Assembly (NCBI GenBank): GCA_964036045.1
Contig: OZ038378.1
Location: 198,834,001-198,898,000 of the forward strand
DNA: 64,000 nucleotides
Direction of reading: 5' to 3'
Source of the DNA: Eutreptiella sp. 'Long Island Sound 2002'
Lineage: Eukaryota > Protista > Euglenida
How positions within the stretch are numbered: position 1 is the first letter of the stretch; the number at the start of each line of letters is the position of its first letter. Shown here one piece after another: positions 1-11,927 of this stretch. A model generated the notes under the pieces. It did not search any database, had not been told where the DNA came from, and saw nothing but the letters and a program-made list of their open reading frames with translations. Made by a program: the position numbers and the translations under genes.

Positions 1-157
1 TGTTCCAAGCTGAACCTACCAGTCAACATTCTTGTCAGGAATTGCGCAGGTTGTGGCTACGCGTTGGTAGGGGGGTAGCGGGGATGCCTATGCAGGTAGT
101 GCAAAATTTAGTACCGGTAGCACTACCAGGACCCCATTTCTAGGTCTAATCCAAATC
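1..157. repeat. Dispersed repeat, inverted homolog of 9052-9194
   Basis: The reverse complement of 1-157 aligns by eye with 9052-9194 (tgttccaagctgaacc versus ggttcagcttggaaca), with a short internal deletion in the second copy. Confidence 0.85.
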
Positions 158-586
158 ACTGTTGGCATCTTGTGGACTTGCAGGTACTCCGCCAGGACTG
201 ATGTTGCCAGAAGTGATGTCGCCCCAGGCCTCTGACAACAGCATTGATCCTTTTGCCACATGGAATGCCTGTGAACATAGAATGCTTGTGAACATTGTCT
301 GTGCATGGCTCAATTTGCCCTTGGGACAGTTAGGAACGAGATATTTCCATTTTCTGTTTTTACGACGGACAGCCCGGAGTTTATCGGTGGCAGGATTCGG
401 TTAACCGACGGCGATTTGCGCCTGGCCGCCGGCGGTTGGCCGATGACCAACTGCAGGTACTCGCCGGCTGGCGGTCTGTTTGTGTCGCATGCAAGCACAG
501 GCTTGTCTAAGCACGGGATGGGCATTGAACCGCTGTTTTGCTTGGACTTTTGGGACCGCGGCCGTGCTTGCGCAAGTGGGGGGGGG

Positions 587-876
587 TTAAATACAAATTG
601 CTTATTGATTCCGACCTTCGCAATTGATTTGAGAAGCCCCCAAAACTTGACCTCAGGCAAAATCAACACAGTCAACCACGAAGCAAATGGAATCTCTTGT
701 GTCCCTCGATGTACCGGTTTCAACTCTACTACAGAGTCCTCATCAGCTGCAAACGGAGGGACACAAAAGATTCCGTTTGCTTCGTGTTTGACTGTGTTGA
801 TTCTGATTGAGGTCAAGTTTTGGAGGCTTCTCAAATCAATTACAAGGGTTAGAATCAATAGGCAATTTGTATTTAA
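587..876. repeat. Foldback inverted repeat with 121-bp arms and a 48-nt loop
   Basis: Arm 587-707 matches the reverse complement of 756-876 with 13 mismatches and no indels. TTAA lies at both outer ends. Confidence 0.95.
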
Positions 877-1572
877 AAATTCGGAGTGCAACTCAAGCGT
901 CGTGACACGGCCCAAGAACCGCTGGGCGCAAAACCCTGCCACGACCCATGTTAAAAAAATGACATCACTTTTCGCTTAAGCATGGCATTTCTCTGTGCAT
1001 CGATGGTATACAGCAATGCTGCTGAACATAACGCAATTGGGCTAGGGGGGTGCCATCAGCTCCTCTTTAGTTTGCTGCACTGCAGCCCTAACCCACATAC
1101 CACATGACCTGATGTGACTCACATTCCGACACCTGAGCAAGGTTTCATAATCTGGAGAATTCCTCAAGCCATTTCAAAGTGACTGTGCCTGGCCGACAGG
1201 TGGAGGAAGGGGATGGGCGATTATTTTTGGCAAATTGAAGGATCCGGTGGGGAGTTGATGCCAGCCGCCCAGAAAGTGCTGGCTTGGGCTAACCATGTGT
1301 GTCTATTGTACCTGAGCACACCTGCCTTTGTTTCAACATCATTGCAACGGCAGATGTTGAACTTTCAAAGGAAGTTGCAGAATATTTGGGACGCCCTCCC
1401 ACTGTCACGATGCATAGAAACGTGGGAAGTATGCACGTGCACCGGCACAAATGCACACGTTATGAGCATGTGCAAATGTGGAAGGTTGGACCATGTGAGC
1501 CTGTATTATGGGATTCTCTGTTGCTCTGAGCAGTGTAGGGTGCCTGCACTGAGTAGTTCAAATACGATGGCG

Positions 1573-2040
1573 GCATCATTTTTGGAAAAACGCATTTTTG
1601 ACCCGTTTTTGGTCCCAAAACGGCCCATTTTCAAGGCATTTTTGGAGGGCCAAACCGGGCTACCACGGGCTCACAGTTGGCTAAGGGGGCGCACTTAGCG
1701 CAGTGCGCGCGCAGGCGTGCAAGCGCAGTACAACTATTTGGGCATGTGGCCGTACTAGAGACCCATACTTTGTGATACTAGGGGGGCATCATTCTTGTTT
1801 GAGAGTACGTTTTGATACTTCTTCCACATTGGGGATATAGCATTTTTGGATTTTCACCTAGTTTCACCCATTTCCATTTTTTTTCACTTTTTTTTGCTCA
1901 TTTCCACCACATCCACTCTTTCCTAGGTTGATTTCTCCCCACCATGGGACCTCAAGAAGGCAGAGGTGATGTATCCTTGTTGTTAACCCCCCATCATGGG
2001 GACCCCAAGCAGGCACGGCTGATGTTGGACCTTAGGATCA
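1573..2040 (+). repeat. Dispersed repeat family R1 copy
   Basis: 1573-1650 matches the reverse complement of ~35790-35850. 1685-1950 matches ~58648-58905. 1890-1970 matches ~48378-48460 and its duplicate. Confidence 0.8.
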
Positions 2041-2143
2041 TGATCAAGGCCGAGGGACAATCCCGCATCCTCTCCAAGTGCTGTCTCACGTTCAAGTACT
2101 ATAATCGAAGGTGACCTCACGGGCTTGATCTAGCCAAGATGTA

Positions 2144-2723
2144 CCCTCCCCCCCCCTTGCAAACTCCCCCCCCTTGCAATCTCCCCCCCCCACCCGGGAG
2201 ACCATCACTTGCATGTTTTTCTAGTTAACATGTATTGTGCTGGTTTGTGTTGCCCATCTGCTTTACACATGGCCTTGCATTGTTTTCCCATTACTACAAA
2301 TCAAGCACCTGTGTGTGTTCTGTGATATTCTCTCTCCAAAGGCGTTGTATGGGTGTGTTGTGTTGCTACTTCAGACCCAAGATGTTTTCTCCCGGTGACC
2401 ATGTACGGTCATGCCTGTCATGCAAACTGAGCATGTGCAACAGTTCAAAGTGTGTTATTCTCGTACCCAGGAGTTCTTCACCGTTCCTTTGGATCCTCAA
2501 TAACATTAGTGGTGGATGAAACACATTGGCACCGCATCAATGCGAAAGTCGCTTCACACGTGTTCTCTTTGCTTGCATCGGTGGAGGGTACCACAGTTTG
2601 CCTTGAAATACCCTTGCAATCTCCCCCCCCCTCCCCGGGAGACCGTCACTTGGCGACCGTCTCCCCCCCCCACCCGGGAAACCGTCGCGCGCTAACCCGG
2701 GAGTTTGCAAGGGGGGGGCAGGG
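2144..2723. mobile_element. MITE family A, copy 1 (580 bp, TA-flanked)
   Basis: Terminal inverted repeats ccctcccccccccttgcaaactccc ... gggagtttgcaagggggggggcaggg. TA at 2142-2143 and 2724-2725. No transposase ORF. The interior is homologous to 37508-38484 in opposite orientation. Confidence 0.75.
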
Positions 2724-4105
2724 TACCATGCCGTCATCCCGAGACGGTCGGCAGCGGGGCTATGCTAGACAGCCATACCCAGCACCCAAGGGTCCATCCT
2801 CCCACCCCCATTCGTGGAAGATGGACCACCTCCCACCCCCACTGAAGGAGGTCTCCTAGGGTCTATAGTGGGACATGCTCCTGAGGCATGGGTGATATAA
2901 GGGCGTTTGGAAGGGGTGTGCTTGGGGACTCTTCAGCGGGAACTTGGTCTAAAAAGTAGCGCACAGTGCGCGTGCACCGGGCTCCCCCTAAAACCACTTG
3001 TTTTGGCATCCCACGTGGTCTAGGATCATTTTTGAAAAAAGTATCTTTTTGGCCCACAGTGGACCCCGTTGACAAAAGCGAGTTGAAGAACAACATGGAG
3101 AGCCAAATCTGGATTGATATGTGATGGTTGTTGTGAACTCACCCATTGTTTTGTGACCTCCCACAAAAGGCCTTCAAAAGCCTGCTTAGGCGCCCATTGC
3201 TGCATTATTGGGCCGAACACACAAAATCGGCTCTAACCAAGCCTTGTGCCTACCGTCGCGTTCTTTGTCCTCACATGGAAAGATTAGGTTTGCGCCACCT
3301 TCCCCCTCCCCCCAACGCCCCCTGACCCCCAACCCTGACGCCAACCCGGTCACTGGGGTGGCAAAATGGCCAGTATGTAGGGTTAGGGTCATCAAGTTGG
3401 CGCCGGCGTTCGCAACTACAGACCAAAAGGCGCCTTTGGTACCATTCATGACGCTTTAGTTGTGTCACCGACTGCGCAAACCACGGGGGGGGGGGGGGGG
3501 CACGTTGATGATGACAATGCTCGCTTGGTGGCTGCAACACGACCGCTGTGAGTCTGCAGGCTTTGAGGTCATTGGCTTAGTACCTGTAGGCAGAATGGCA
3601 GGAAGCGGCCAAAAGAGAGCGGTGACCCCAAGGACAATGTGTTCTATTCAGAAACCACAAGATCTTCAGCCCTTTTGCCACCAAAGCTTATAGTCATTGA
3701 TCTGTGGCCTGGCCAGTTGAGTTCCCAGCCCAAGACCCCCCCCCCACCCCCTGTTCACCGGTATTATCTCCACTGTCTGCCCCTCCAATGCCACTGTGTC
3801 ACACCTGCCGTTTGTTCCTCCCCTGAAATCCATGTCCAGCCCCAGCAGCCTCTCCTTCCGTATACACACCAAGAAAAAACCTGGGCAGTGACCTCCGTTC
3901 TCGCCGCTAGATTCCGGGGGTGACCTTCACAATCAGGGGTGTGCGGTGATGTACAGACACACACGGGACTCTGTGCACACGTGTGCACAGCGTAGTACTC
4001 AGATTTCCACATGTTGAGTGCATTTCCTACCCCCCATCCACTGCACGTCTCCATATGCTGCTGGCCACCAACAGGGTTGTGGTTGAACTGCAGGGCTTTA
4101 TATTA

Positions 4106-4566
4106 AACCCCCCCCCCTTTTGTTAACACCCAATTTCGTTAACGCCCCGGGGATTTGTTAACAGTTGACTTGGCAGACCATTTTCCCCACAATTGGTTAA
4201 CATTGACAGTTTTGACTCACTACATCCTCCATCAAACATGGCAGCAACACAAAGGGGCAAGTATTGTTGGAGAAACACATAAGACCACATTAGTTTGGGA
4301 TGTTTGGTTTGAAAAAGGACATCAAAGAAAGTTGCTTGGAAGTGCGCTGCTGCTTCACCAAAGGCTCCACAGGGTCAAGCTGAGGGTCATCCCCAGCCCT
4401 GTGACGCTTCTCAACATACATACGTCAACATCAAGACAAAGACAAAGGGACAAATTCTGCAGTGTGATGAAATTCGTTAACGCCCCCACTTTTTGTTACT
4501 AGTTCAACCTCTCCACCAACTGCCCCACCATTCGTTAACATTAACAAAAAGTGGGGGGGGGGGGTT
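4106..4566. mobile_element. MITE family B (461 bp, TA-flanked)
   Basis: TIRs aaccccccccccttttgttaa ... ttaacaaaaagtggggggggggggtt. TA at 4104-4105 and 4567-4568. The subterminal motif ttcgttaac recurs near both ends. Confidence 0.7.
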
Positions 4567-7500
4567 TAGGGGGTCACACCGTGCGTTGTGCACGCGCTGT
4601 GCGAAAAGTCGGCTGTTTTCCACCACCGGTAGCCATGGGTCCCAGGGTCCTGAATTCTGCACCCCACAGCCCCTGCTGGTATACCGGTATACCAGGGAAT
4701 TTTTTTTTTTGGTGTGATGCTTGCCACGGGTCCTAGGGTCCTGAATTCTGCACCCCTGCTAATTTGAATTGATGATGCATGCTTCTGTACGTGGGTGGTT
4801 TTCAGGGGGTGTTCCCTGGATAAACAGCGTAATAATTGGTGCTGTGCACGCGCTGTGCGAAAACGCCCCCTATTGTTCACTGGGGCCTGCCCTCCCCGAA
4901 CCGCAAGACGTATGGGCCCTGAAGGAGATGTTGGGCTGATCCTCAAACATTTAGGTAAATGAATATGAATTGTGGACGTGGAACAAGTGGGATGCATGAG
5001 TAAATCAATTGTAGCAGCACGCATGCATTTTGGAATCATTTTTTCGCGTCAATAACAGAAACCGAGACAATGATTATATCCATTGAAAAACACATAGGAG
5101 GAATCATATGACAGTGATTCATTTGTAAAGTTTGGGATTCGACTCTAATCCTGATCAGAAGCCTCCCCTGCTTCATTTGGGTGAGGATTTATTTGCACCG
5201 TAGTTCAAAACCTACTACCATTTACTGTATCCGTAAACGTCAGCTTCCCCAGAAATGACTGTGGGAAATCTTCATGCAGGATGCCAACTGTGTGAATGTA
5301 TTTCCAAACCCTTGCAGCTTCGCCACAGCTCTGAGCCACATTCCCAGCCATTGACCCTACAAGAGGGAAATATGAAGGAATTCTAGTTCAGGGTGCTCTT
5401 GAGCAAACTTTGCACAAAGCTACTAATCTTTTGCATGCCACCAAAGGGGTACCCTCAGTTGCAATCAGTGTAGTGTGCACGCAGTGCTACTCTCAGGCAT
5501 GCAGGGTCAGAAGAAGAAGAAGGCAGTGGTTATGCAACCACATTGATGTTCCCCCACTATGGGGACCCCAACAACGCAGAGGTCACATAGCTGTATTCAT
5601 CTCTCCACTATGTTATGCTGCCATATCTCTCGGGGACAACTGGAATTGCGCCAACTCGGTGGGTTTTCGGGGGTTGGTGCCATTGTTCCCTCATTTGTGC
5701 CCGCTGAGTGTTCCGAAGGTAGGGGTTTCTGGGGTATATTTGGAAAACCCTTGGAAAGGGCTATTCGGAACACCCTGGGTCTGCATGCTGTACTGACGAG
5801 ATGTTTGAGATTTTCATCCGTTTTGGACGATGCCTGTGTTGCTTGCTGCCTGTTTTTGTCAACAGGCAGCCACCATGTCTGCATACAAATTCACACCAGG
5901 TGGTGGTGCAGCCTGGGTGCGGGTCAGCCGTGAGAGGTCCCCTAGCAAAGCAAAAAGGCCTCAGACAGCCCATTCACAGCAACCTGCGTGCACCCACTAG
6001 GAGCACCAGATTTTGACCACCGCCGAGGCCGCTTATTTTGCAAATCAATTTTGGGATCGTAAAGTTCACCCCACGAAGGCTTCACAGCAGGAGTTTCTGG
6101 CCACATGCATTGACGTTGATTTGGAGAAAAATGTCAAGCATGCACAGTGGCACAAGTACACTAGAAAGAGGGGTCATCAAACAACATATTTCGTACCGGG
6201 CAACAATGAGGGCGATTCGGATTCAGAATAATCAGTGGTCCCTCGAGCATTGCCCCGTCCTGTGCATCGTCCAATTTGCAGCTCTGTTTGCTCAAAAATG
6301 TGACCTCCTACCCCCCCCCAACCCATACATTTCTGAAATGGCCTTTTCTCACAGATTTCCAAAAGTAACACATACACCCCCCAAAGGGACGAAATTTTGG
6401 CGCATTGGACCAAAAGTTTACAAAACCCAGGAAAAGTGCCAAAACCCACCGTGTTGGCGCACTATGAACGTCCCCGAGAGATATTGATTCCTCCCTGTTT
6501 TGGAGACAGTTGGAGACAAGGGTTACATAGCCACATTCATTTCTCCCCACCAACACCAGGTCTCCTCCACTCAAACAGTGCCATCAATTTTGCCTGCTCA
6601 ACAGCACTTGCATGCCATTATTGGTGAGCATTTTCTGAGTGCTTTTCTTCAGAGGCTATTTTGTGGTCTTTTTGTGGCCACGGATGAGCATCTGGCTTAT
6701 GTGCTGCTTGCGTGTGCCTTCGCCAAAAAAAGGCTTCCCATTCGGTACACAATTGTGTAGCCGCAGAAGACCGAAGGCCACACACCTTTAAAACATAAAC
6801 ACCACCATCTTTCTTGCCACAAGTCCTCGTGCATTTCTTTTGGCCCCTCCCCGCACCCCTTCTGCATGGTTTTCAACTGGTTCGGGTCCCAGTGTTCGGA
6901 ATGGGGGCCTTACATGTATTTTGTGAAGAGGAGCGTTGCCAAGGACAACAGAATTCTTTGGTGATTGAACACAGTGACTGAATGACCTTGACTGCGAAGG
7001 ATACTGTACAACAAGGCAGCCTCGCTCTCCAGGAGCACCGAACGACCCCTCCCTTGCAGCAGCTTGGCTTTGTTCGTGGGGAACAGAATGACCACAGATG
7101 GGAGCATATCGCCTGCAATCGCACCGGGGCACAGGGTGTGTGCGTTGTGTGCAGACCCGAGGCCTGGTGCGGTTGAGGCTCAGCAATGCCCACATGGCGG
7201 TCGATAGTGTAGGCAGTGAGGAGGACAGAACATGAGACGGCAAACAACAGCAAATGGTTGATGTATCTCTGGTATATTCCAGACGTTGAGAAAGACTGGG
7301 GGGTCAATAGGACACACCTGACGTAATCCAAGCTGTGTGCAAGTGGTGCTGTGTAGTGATCTAGCTAGGATTCGCAGCAATGGGCTGCGAGGGATGACGG
7401 AGTGGTCTCGCATGCAATACCTGTTTCTGAAGGGACACCCAGGGAAAGATCTGGATGTGGGCCATATGCCCATGCTACCTGCTGGGGTCCAGATGTGCTG

Positions 7501-7649
7501 TGGAGTTCATGGCCAAGGGAATGAACTGGGCTTTGCTGAGGCACGGTGCTTCACGGACTGTACATGCAAAAGCAAAAGCGTGGGACTTGCAGACGAAACG
7601 TGTTCCGAAAAGCTGCTTGTACATTATCGCCGTTGTTGTCTCTTGGCAG

Positions 7650-7847
7650 TCAATATGAATCAGCCGGACCCCGTGGGCTCGCCACCACGGAGTTCCTTCT
7701 CCCAATCCACGACATCGGACCACAGCAAACTTGTCCAGCTCGGAGAAGACATCTCCTCGTCACTGTCCAGTAGCGACGCTTCCATTTTGTTTGAGCTCGT
7801 CAAGAGCGCAAATGAAAATGCCGTTTTGTCATCGCAAAGAGCACAAG
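7650..7847 (+). CDS. Putative internal exon of a Ser-rich low-complexity protein
   Basis: Acceptor gtctcttggcAG at 7648-7649 and donor AAG|GTGAGC at 7848. The frame is open (NMNQPDPVGSPPRSSFSQ...SSQRAQ) and splices in frame to 8443. Confidence 0.55.
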
Positions 7848-8442
7848 GTGAGCGGCAGATTCCCTGCCACCATTCCTCTTTCCCCAGCCGCGCCGTTCGA
7901 GGGAGCTTGAGAACGTTGCGAACGGAAGCCGCGCAGAGCCAGGGTTTAATGTTCATGCCATGAGGCCTGAGTCTGCCCCACATATGCCCTCACCTGCTCT
8001 GCCCCACACATGCCCACTTCTAGTCATCCCCTCTCTGCCCATGTAGGAGGATCACCGGACGCAGTGCGGGCGGTGCAGAACTCACAGTGCGGCCATGGAC
8101 CCCAGGCAGCCATCAGTTTCACGGGTTTTGGGCAGATATTTGCATGCCGGCATTATTTGTGTTACCCGTGGGACCTGTGGGCCGGGATGTGCTAAGGGGT
8201 TGTCCCCAACTGAGCATATTGAGTAGTGTGAACCGCCTATGACCAGTAATACCATCCTCAGGGCAGCGATGGTGTGCCTGCTTGTGGGGCCCCTTTCACG
8301 CAGGGGGACCGTGGACAAGGGGTCGTCTCGTGGTGAAACGGCCCAAAAGGTGCGCGCGCGGTGCAAGTGCAAGGCTCTCCTCAGCTCAGCCCCTCATTCT
8401 GCCCCGTGCTTGCCCTCGACCCCGTCCCGATCTGTCCCACAG

Positions 8443-8711
8443 AGGCCCTTGAGGATTCCATGAACAGTCTGCTCCTGCAACAACAATCACTTGCACGCAT
8501 CCAGAGCAGGAGCAGCAGCGGCTTTCACAGTAGCTTCCAGCTTCCTCAGCAGCTTTCCGCTTGTCCCTCCTCGGAATCCCACGCCAACGACGCTCTGTGC
8601 AACTCCCGCGAGGATTCCAGCTTGGGTCACACCAGTCACCCGGTGGCGGAGATGCCCCCAACCACGCCATGGGAAATGCAGTCTTTCATGAGCGGACCTG
8701 TCTACATGCAG
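8443..8711 (+). CDS. Putative next exon of the same Ser/Gln/Pro-rich protein
   Basis: Pyrimidine-rich acceptor tctgtcccacAG at 8441-8442. The phase matches the 7847 donor (caa g|ag gcc = Q-E-A). Donor CAG|GTAGTG at 8712. Confidence 0.55.
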
Positions 8712-9051
8712 GTAGTGTTTCTGTGCAAGTTGTGTCACATGCTGGTGGTTTCTCTACGAAGGCATTGTTTAGATATAAGAGGCGCTACATGAACCAGTAG
8801 ATGCGTGCAGGGGTAGTGGCTGCATGCAGGCGGTGCCTCCATGTAGGCACTGACTTTAAGCTTTGAACAGACTGGGTACATTGGGACGCAGGCCATGTGA
8901 GCCAGTATGAGTGGTGGTGTGAGGGTCCGGTTAGGGCGATTGTGAGTCGTGGGTCACCTCAATCCTCTCCATACGCAGGTTAGAGGTTTGCGGGGTGCCA
9001 CGTCAACTGCACGACTGCCCCAGCAATTTCATGTTTGATTACCAGCAATTG

Positions 9052-9194
9052 CATTTCGATTAGCCCTAGGAATGGGGTCCTGGTAGTGCTACCGGTGCTA
9101 AATTTTGCACTACCTGCTACCCCCCTCCCAACGCGTAGCCACAACCTGCGCAATTCCTGACAAGAATGTTGACTGGTAGGTTCAGCTTGGAACA
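9052..9194. repeat. Dispersed repeat, inverted homolog of 1-157
   Basis: Same alignment as the feature at 1-157. Confidence 0.85.
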
Positions 9195-11820
9195 CTGCAG
9201 CTGCGCAGTATTGGGATCTATGAATGGATCTTATGCAAGGGTATGCACACACGACACACTTCCAAACGGCAGGTGCCTGTTATTTGTGTGTATTAGTCTA
9301 TTGGTGTATTGGTTACTCTAGGTTCGGGTCACCGAGCTAGTGTTACCAGTAGGGTTGTTTCACCCTTTGTCGGGTGTAGGGTGGTGAGACCCTTTCTAGC
9401 AAGCAATAACATGCAAGCAGCAAGCGCACGCGGAAACGGAAAAAATCAGAAGTGTATCGTAGTGGCTTGTTTCCTGCCAAATTTTTGCCACTGACACCAA
9501 CAAGCATGAAGTTGAATCACAGAAAGATTTGAGCAAAATCTTAACAGTGGTCGGCAGGTGCCCGCAGGTGCAGCAAGTGCAGGTGGTGGGTTCGATTGCA
9601 CCAGGGGAGGGGTTGGGGGGGACAGCACATCAGTCAGGTCACTCAGGTACATCACATGGTCTGTCAGTCTGTCAGTCTGTCAGTCACTGCACTGCACATG
9701 TTCACGGCTGATGTTGTATGGCCTCTAGCCTAGGAATTTGCCTGAAGGGGGGGTTTGGGGGCAATTCCAGACCAGCTACAGAGCGGTTACAAGGGGTTGT
9801 GAAAGCGGTTGGGGGATGGTTACTGGCGGTTGGAATGCGGTTTGTGCTGGTGTGGGGCGAGGGAATGCCGTTGGGGGCCTGAGTTTTTTGGGGGGGACCC
9901 CCCCCCCCAAACCCAGTCTGTTTTTGCTGTGGCAACACCTCACACACTTCGTTATGTCACGGCACAACACACAAATGCTGGCATTCAACACTGTTTAGAG
10001 ACACCAACAAAAACACATACTTCTCCCCTAAGCTGATTTGCAAAGACATATCAGGCAGCTCGAATTGCAAGGCGCAGCTTGCCCAAGACTGCCCCCCCCC
10101 CCCCCACCACTCTCGCCTCCCCAGGAGGCATCAGCAATTTTCTGGGGACAGTGGAATACCAAAAAGATGCTCCGCTATCTGATGCAGCTCCAGCCACCAG
10201 AGCCAGGGCAAACACCGGAAGTCTGGCAGGCATGGAATAAGCCCCCCCCCCCCCGGGACTTGCTTTAATTTTCATTCCGGCAGGGGGGGGGGGGCTCCCC
10301 CCTGGACCCCCCCCCCCCTCCCCCCTCAGCTCAAGTGCACCTGAAAACCTCGGTTTTGGGAACTTTTTTTAGTCATGGGAAAAAATTTTCAGCGCCTTCG
10401 GCACATGCCATATATTGTGTACGTGTTGCTCCACGTGTGCTCCATATACCTTGTCTTGCAGACCACCATGCCCCAACGCTCGTTGTCAGTGTATTTCAGC
10501 TCCCCGATCCAACCATCGCCACGCGCAAAATGCGAAGACGTGATTGACGCGCTGCTCTATTTTAGGTTTACAGATAGGACCACCAGTCGGAAAAGACAAG
10601 AAGCCTGCAACGAGGCACAAAAGGCATGTGCAGCACTTTTTTTGAGCATACCAATGGCCACACTGTGCGAGTTTGTCGTTGTGGCACAAAAAATGGCCAC
10701 ACGCGACACGGTTCCGGTTCCGGTTCCACTACCGATGGAGGCTCCAGTTCAGACGAGTCTAATTCTGACTAACAAGAAAGATCACTGTCATTTGGCATGA
10801 GATGGTGAATGTGCCGCTTTGTTGTAGTTGTTCTGTATTGGTGAGATGTGGGAACCCTGAATTGACATTCAATGATGAATTTCCTTTGTTTACAGCTGAC
10901 AACATGACATTTCCATGTGCTGAGTTGTTCATTCTCCAATAATCTTTCTGTTCCCTGTGGATTGGGTATGTTCCGGCGGGGGGGGGGGGACCCTCCCCCC
11001 TGGACCCCCTCCCCCCCTCCCCTCCCCCTCCCCCAAGTAGACCCGGGGCTGGTGACCTTGTCGTGGTGTGGGGGCCCGAATGGCTCTTGCCATCGCGAAC
11101 AGACCGGAAAAGAGGGTCTTGGCACCCGGAGGGGGCTCCGTCTGCTTAAAGTTGCCCTAAAGACAGCGCCCACGGGGGGGCCAGTCGCTTGACGTTGCCC
11201 AACTCCTCCACCCACCACCTCCTCCTCTCCTCTGCACCCTAGTGCCCTGCTTGTCCTGCAGCTCCCATAGTGCGATGCCCCTAGTTGAGTTGCCCTATGG
11301 GAGTAGCCTAGGGGAGTAGCCTGGGGTGCTGCAGAGCAAGTGGGGCACCCTGAAGGTGTGTGTACATTAGTAGATCTCTCCCTCCTTCCCTCCCTCCCTC
11401 CCTACAGCCCCTACAACAGTCATTTGAGGGATCATTGGACAGCTCTGTCTCTGCCAATCCTGGCTGCGTGTCAGACCCGCCACCATAGTCATCTGTGGGA
11501 TCATTGCAGGATTGGACAGCTTAGAGCCTTGTGTGTGTCCCAAACGGGCGGTCATCAGGAGGGGTCCTGGTGACTGTAGTTGCCCAGTGCCGGTGCCTGA
11601 TGGTTGTAATTGCCCTACACCAGCTGCCTCCTAGGCAGCCTGCCCTCTCATGTACACTCGTGCCTTGTTACCCCCTCCGACTTCCTACGTAAGTGGCCAC
11701 CGGGAGGGGTCCCGGTGGCTATCATTGCCCCTGAGTCTGCACACGCAGCTGGTTGGGACGTTGAGCAGCCAAAACCAAGTGCCTAGGTCCCTGGGAGCAG
11801 CCCCCCGCAACGCTCAAGAC

Positions 11821-11844
11821 ATCCATCCATCCATCCATCCATCC
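11821..11844. repeat. (ATCC)n microsatellite
   Basis: About six tandem ATCC units, read directly. Confidence 0.9.
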
Positions 11845-11927
11845 CCCCCTCCCCTGGACCCCCTCCCCCGCCCCCCCCGCTCAAGCAAGTCCCTGCCCCC
11901 CAACACCATACATTTGTCCAAACAGCG

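Noticed and set aside
305-979. Two antiparallel ORFs with similar peptides
   Set aside because: This is a consequence of the 587-876 inverted repeat.
6500-7500. Minus-strand protein-like stretches
   Set aside because: They are fragmentary, with no domain or splice support.
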